A stretch of 64,000 nt of DNA, taken from Piromyces finnis finn. Taxonomy: Eukaryota; Fungi; Neocallimastigomycota. This document shows, one piece after another, positions 59,919-64,000 of this stretch. Both the position numbers and the translations under genes were made by a program. The first letter of the stretch is position 1. Each line of letters begins with the position of its first letter. The stretch spans positions 372,001-436,000 of the forward strand of contig MCFH01000040.1 in the NCBI GenBank assembly GCA_002104945.1. The letters run 5' to 3'. Under the pieces are notes generated by a model. It saw only the letters and a program-made list of their open reading frames with translations, ran no database searches and was not told the origin of the DNA.

Positions 59919-62900
59919 ATGGACTTTAATGATATATTTAAATTTGATGAAATAACCAATGACAATGATATTAATAATATTGAATTGGATGAAAAAAATG
60001 ATAAAGAAATAATACCAGATAACTCTTCGGTTAAAACTATAGAAAATTTTACCGAGAAAATCAACCTTTCACAAAATGAACAATTTGATTTAAACAATAA
60101 TAACAATTTATTATTGGATATGTCAAACATCACAGTAAATAATGTTATTGACTCAATGTCGGAAATACCTCTTGAAAATTCTATTGATTCAAATGTACTT
60201 TTAGATAATTCAAATAAAAAAATACAGAGTTTATATGAATCTATAGTATTAAAAAATGAATCAAATAATTTATCTAATAATTTATACCCTCAACTCTATC
60301 AAACTGAGGAATATCCTATAGAAGATGAACAAGATGATTTTTCTCAATATATGAATTATCCAAATGTTAATTTCAATGTAAATAATAATATACCTTATCC
60401 ACTTTATTATAATAATGCTTATAATCAAGACGAAACCCTTCCATATAATGCAGTTGATTTTATGAGTTATAATCCTGAATATGATATAAATGGAATAAAT
60501 CCATATTATCCTTTTACATCCGATGTAGAAATGGAAGATATTGATATGGATATGGATGCTTATTCTCTAATTTCAAATACTGCAAATGGTAATAATCAAG
60601 AGTTAGCTATAGAAAAAAAGAATGATGGAAAATCAACAATAAGTAAAATGACGAAAAATTTAAATGAAATTAATTCTTTAACAAAAAATATAGCTCCACC
60701 AATTTCCTATAATAAATCTGTAAATGATTCAATTGGGAAAATATCATTTGATTCGAATTCATTAATTGTACCAAGTAATGATGAAAATGAAAATATAATT
60801 GATGACATGTTTAAATATATGTATTCCATTAATAATAAAAATAAAGTGTTAAATGACAATATAAAAAATAATATGAATTTTGAAGGAGTAATATCTGCAA
60901 ATACGCTTTCTCAACAAATGAATTTTGAAAATAACTTTGCTAAAAAATCATTATCAAATAATAAAATGAATCAAGTAAATAATTTAAATCAAATAAATAT
61001 AAATATGAATGAACCAGAATTTAATACAAATATCAATAGCATTTATTCATCTGTTGAAAAAATAAAGGCAACTTCTGAAACAGAAGAATTAAAAGGTGAT
61101 TTAATAAATAATATTAAAGATATTAATAAATTGCTAGACTTTGATTTTAGTAGTTTAGATAATGTAATAGATGAAAATCTTTTAAAAATAAAAGCGGAAA
61201 CAATAACTAATAATAATGATACAACTCCAAAAGCAATTATTGATGAAAAGGTTTTTTCCGACCCAAAATCAGCTCAATCAAGTATAAATGAAAATAAAAT
61301 TTCAACTGAAAAATCTTCAAGTGACGGTAAAAATATTATTGAATCATTAAATTCTCAAAGTAAAGACTATACAGATAATCTTTTAAAAATGTTCATTGCT
61401 TCACCAAAATTAAGTACTTCAGCAGAGAATATAGTTGACAATGATTCATCCACAAAAAGTAATAAGATAAAAAAGGATTTACCGAACAAGTCATTAATAA
61501 ATAAAACTATAGTTGAATCCCCTGATATTAGTATTCCTTCTTTATCATCAATCCCAAATTTGTTAAAAGAAATGAAAGAAGAAAATAAAAACATAATTAA
61601 TAGTTCTAATACACAATTGTCGAATTTTCCTTTATCAAAAGAACCATCTTCAAGTATTCATCATAAATTATTAAGTAAATCCAAGGTAATAACAAAATCA
61701 AATTCAACTTTAAATAATATAAAGAATACTCAAAAAAGTAGTCCTATTTTATCAAATGATAAAAATGATCTTCTAATAAAAGAATTAGCAAATATTAATA
61801 TTTTATCTGATGGATCAGTTAAATCAATTTTATCCTCTAATATAAATGAATCTTTAAATACAAATCCTTCAAGAACAGGATCTGTCTTAAAACCAATAAC
61901 TAAAACACCTGTTCCTGTTAATAAAATTTCAAATCACATTTCCACTGCAATCAATAATAATAACAATATTACATCTTCCTTATTAAATTCAATAAATATT
62001 ACTAATACAACTCTTCCATCGTCCTCAGCATCAGTCACTTCTCATAATTCATTACCATTAATACCTGCACTTTCAACGCTCTCTTTATCTTCTTTCACTA
62101 AATCTACTCCAAAAACAACGCATCCAAATCTCACATCTATTATTTCTAATACTACGAATTCAAAACATACAGAGTCTCAATTAAAATCAATAACAAATAA
62201 ATTAAATGCACTAACTTCATCATCCGTATCAACTACTACAACAACAGTTACTACAACACCATCAATCACAACGTCAGAAATAGCCGCATCTCCGAAACTA
62301 TTAATATCCCAAACAACTTCAAACACCTCAAATACTACACCTGTAGCTACATCAAATTCAAAAGCGACAACAATAAAAGCAGCCTCTACTACAATTAAAC
62401 CATTAATTCCATTACTATCAACCCCTATATTATCAGCAAAACAACCTACATTAACAACATCGATATCATCCTCTTCAACTAATTTAGCTGCGAAAATTGT
62501 GCCAAAACCTATTGCACCATTAACATCAATACCACCGTTAGGTGCTGTACCATTGCCACTTTCAACTTCATTAAATGTAAAGCCAAATTTAAGCGTTCCA
62601 CAAGTTATGCCATCCATGTTATCAAATCCAAAATTATTCCCACTTTTATTTTCATCAGATTCAGTAAATTTAATTTCTAATGCAGCAAAAACAGTAGCAG
62701 AAAATCTAGCTAAATCATCTCTTCCAACTACGTCATCAGTTAGCAGTACTGTAACATCAGTACCATCGGCTACTTCATCAAATACAACCTTAAATTCATT
62801 AGTTTCAACTTCATCCACTGCTCCTACAACTACATTAAATACTGTAACAAACCCAATTTCATCAGCACTTTCTATACTATCTACTCTTCCATTATCCAAC

Positions 62901-63549
62901 CCTGCCATAACAACACCACTTAATTCAACGTCTCTTGCATCAAAAGTAACAACATCAACGCTAATAAATCCAGTTAAAAAAGAATTAAAAAATGAAGGTA
63001 TTTCACCGATAAATACGACACCTAATACATCTGTATCCACTTCTTCAATTCCAATTAAAACTGATAATAAAAATAATAATAATAATAAGACTTTAACAAA
63101 AAATAGTAACACATATGTTGATGAAAAAAGAAGAAAGTTTTTGGAAAGAAATAGAATTGCAGGTAAATATATATATATATACCTAAATATAGTAAACCAA
63201 ATAAATAAATTATTAATTTCATAGCATAATTAATTAATTTTATTTAATTCCTTATTTTATAGCTTCCAAATGTCGTCAAAAGAAAAAAGCTTGGGTTCAA
63301 GATTTGGAAAAGAAATCAACTGAAGTTAGTATTGCCAACAGGAATTTAAAAATTATTGTTAATCAACTAAAAGATCGGGTAGCTATTTTAAGAGGTCAAC
63401 TCTTACTTCATAAAAATTGTCAAAGTAAAGTAATACAACAATATCTTCAACAATCTTCAATTAATTTATCAATTCAAAATACATTACAATCCCTTAATCA
63501 AAATTCAGTAGGAAATCAGTCTCTATTAAATTTTAATAAAATCCAATAA
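59919..63549 (+). CDS. ATF/CREB (Atf1/ATF2-type) bZIP transcription factor, about 1176 aa, 2 exons
   Basis: Intron 63163-63262 joins DEKRRKFLERNRIA|ASKCRQKKKAWVQDLE...NRNLKIIVNQLKDRVAILRGQLLLHKNC. Long acidic/Asn-rich and Ser/Thr-rich N-terminal region. Confidence 0.9.
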
Positions 63550-63859
63550 TTTTTCTTTTTTTTTAAAAAAAAAAAAAATAATAATAACAATAATAATTTA
63601 TGCATCTATGTTCACTAACTTTAATAATGAAAGAAAATTAAATTTTATAAAATTTCTTTAATATTACTTAAAAACTCAATAAATGAATTGTTTACATCCC
63701 TATTAAAAAAAAAAAAAAAAAAAAAATCTATAAAAAAAAAAAGCATTTATTAGTTTATTTTTTTATTTTATTTTTATTATTATTTTAATGTTAAAAATAG
63801 TTTTCTAGTAATTTATTGTTTATACTAATTTTATCATTATTTCTATAAATTGTTTATTC

Positions 63860-63892
<33 letters not shown>

Positions 63893-64000
63893 GTAATTAC
63901 AATTTTTAAAAAGAAAAAGAATATAATAAGTTCATGGTTAATATTTCATTATAACTCATTTTTCAGGTTTATAAATAATAATTTATCCTTATCCTTAAAT

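Overview
Extremely AT-rich eukaryotic DNA with many short GT..AG introns, long microsatellites and Asn-rich low-complexity proteins. The fungal-type genes plus a centriole gene (C2CD3-like) suggest a flagellated fungus, most likely an anaerobic gut fungus (Neocallimastigomycota); this taxonomy is inference. Gene models were spliced by hand, so exon boundaries are approximate. In order: LRR protein (+), paraoxonase-like beta-propeller (+), 15-kb WDFY3/ALFY-like BEACH-WD40-FYVE gene (-), ankyrin-repeat protein (-), PP1-docking-motif ORF (+), SEC13 (-), ALG13 (-), C2CD3-like gene (+), CUL4 (-), secreted 8-Cys GPI-type protein (-), RPS28 (-), a box C/D snoRNA (+), ESF2 (+) and an Atf1/ATF2-type bZIP factor (+). 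No CRISPR array, tRNA, rRNA or intact transposon was seen. Best leads: (1) a 40S-biogenesis micro-cluster RPS28/snoRNA/ESF2 with a candidate RPS28 3'UTR hairpin, a one-nucleotide-shifted 18S guide and a long hairpin just downstream of the snoRNA; (2) a paraoxonase homolog that appears to have lost its catalytic calcium ligands; (3) a C2CD3 ortholog with conserved termini; (4) an ALFY-like protein with a degenerate FYVE finger; (5) an unexplained GC-raised island at 31.6-32.2 kb.
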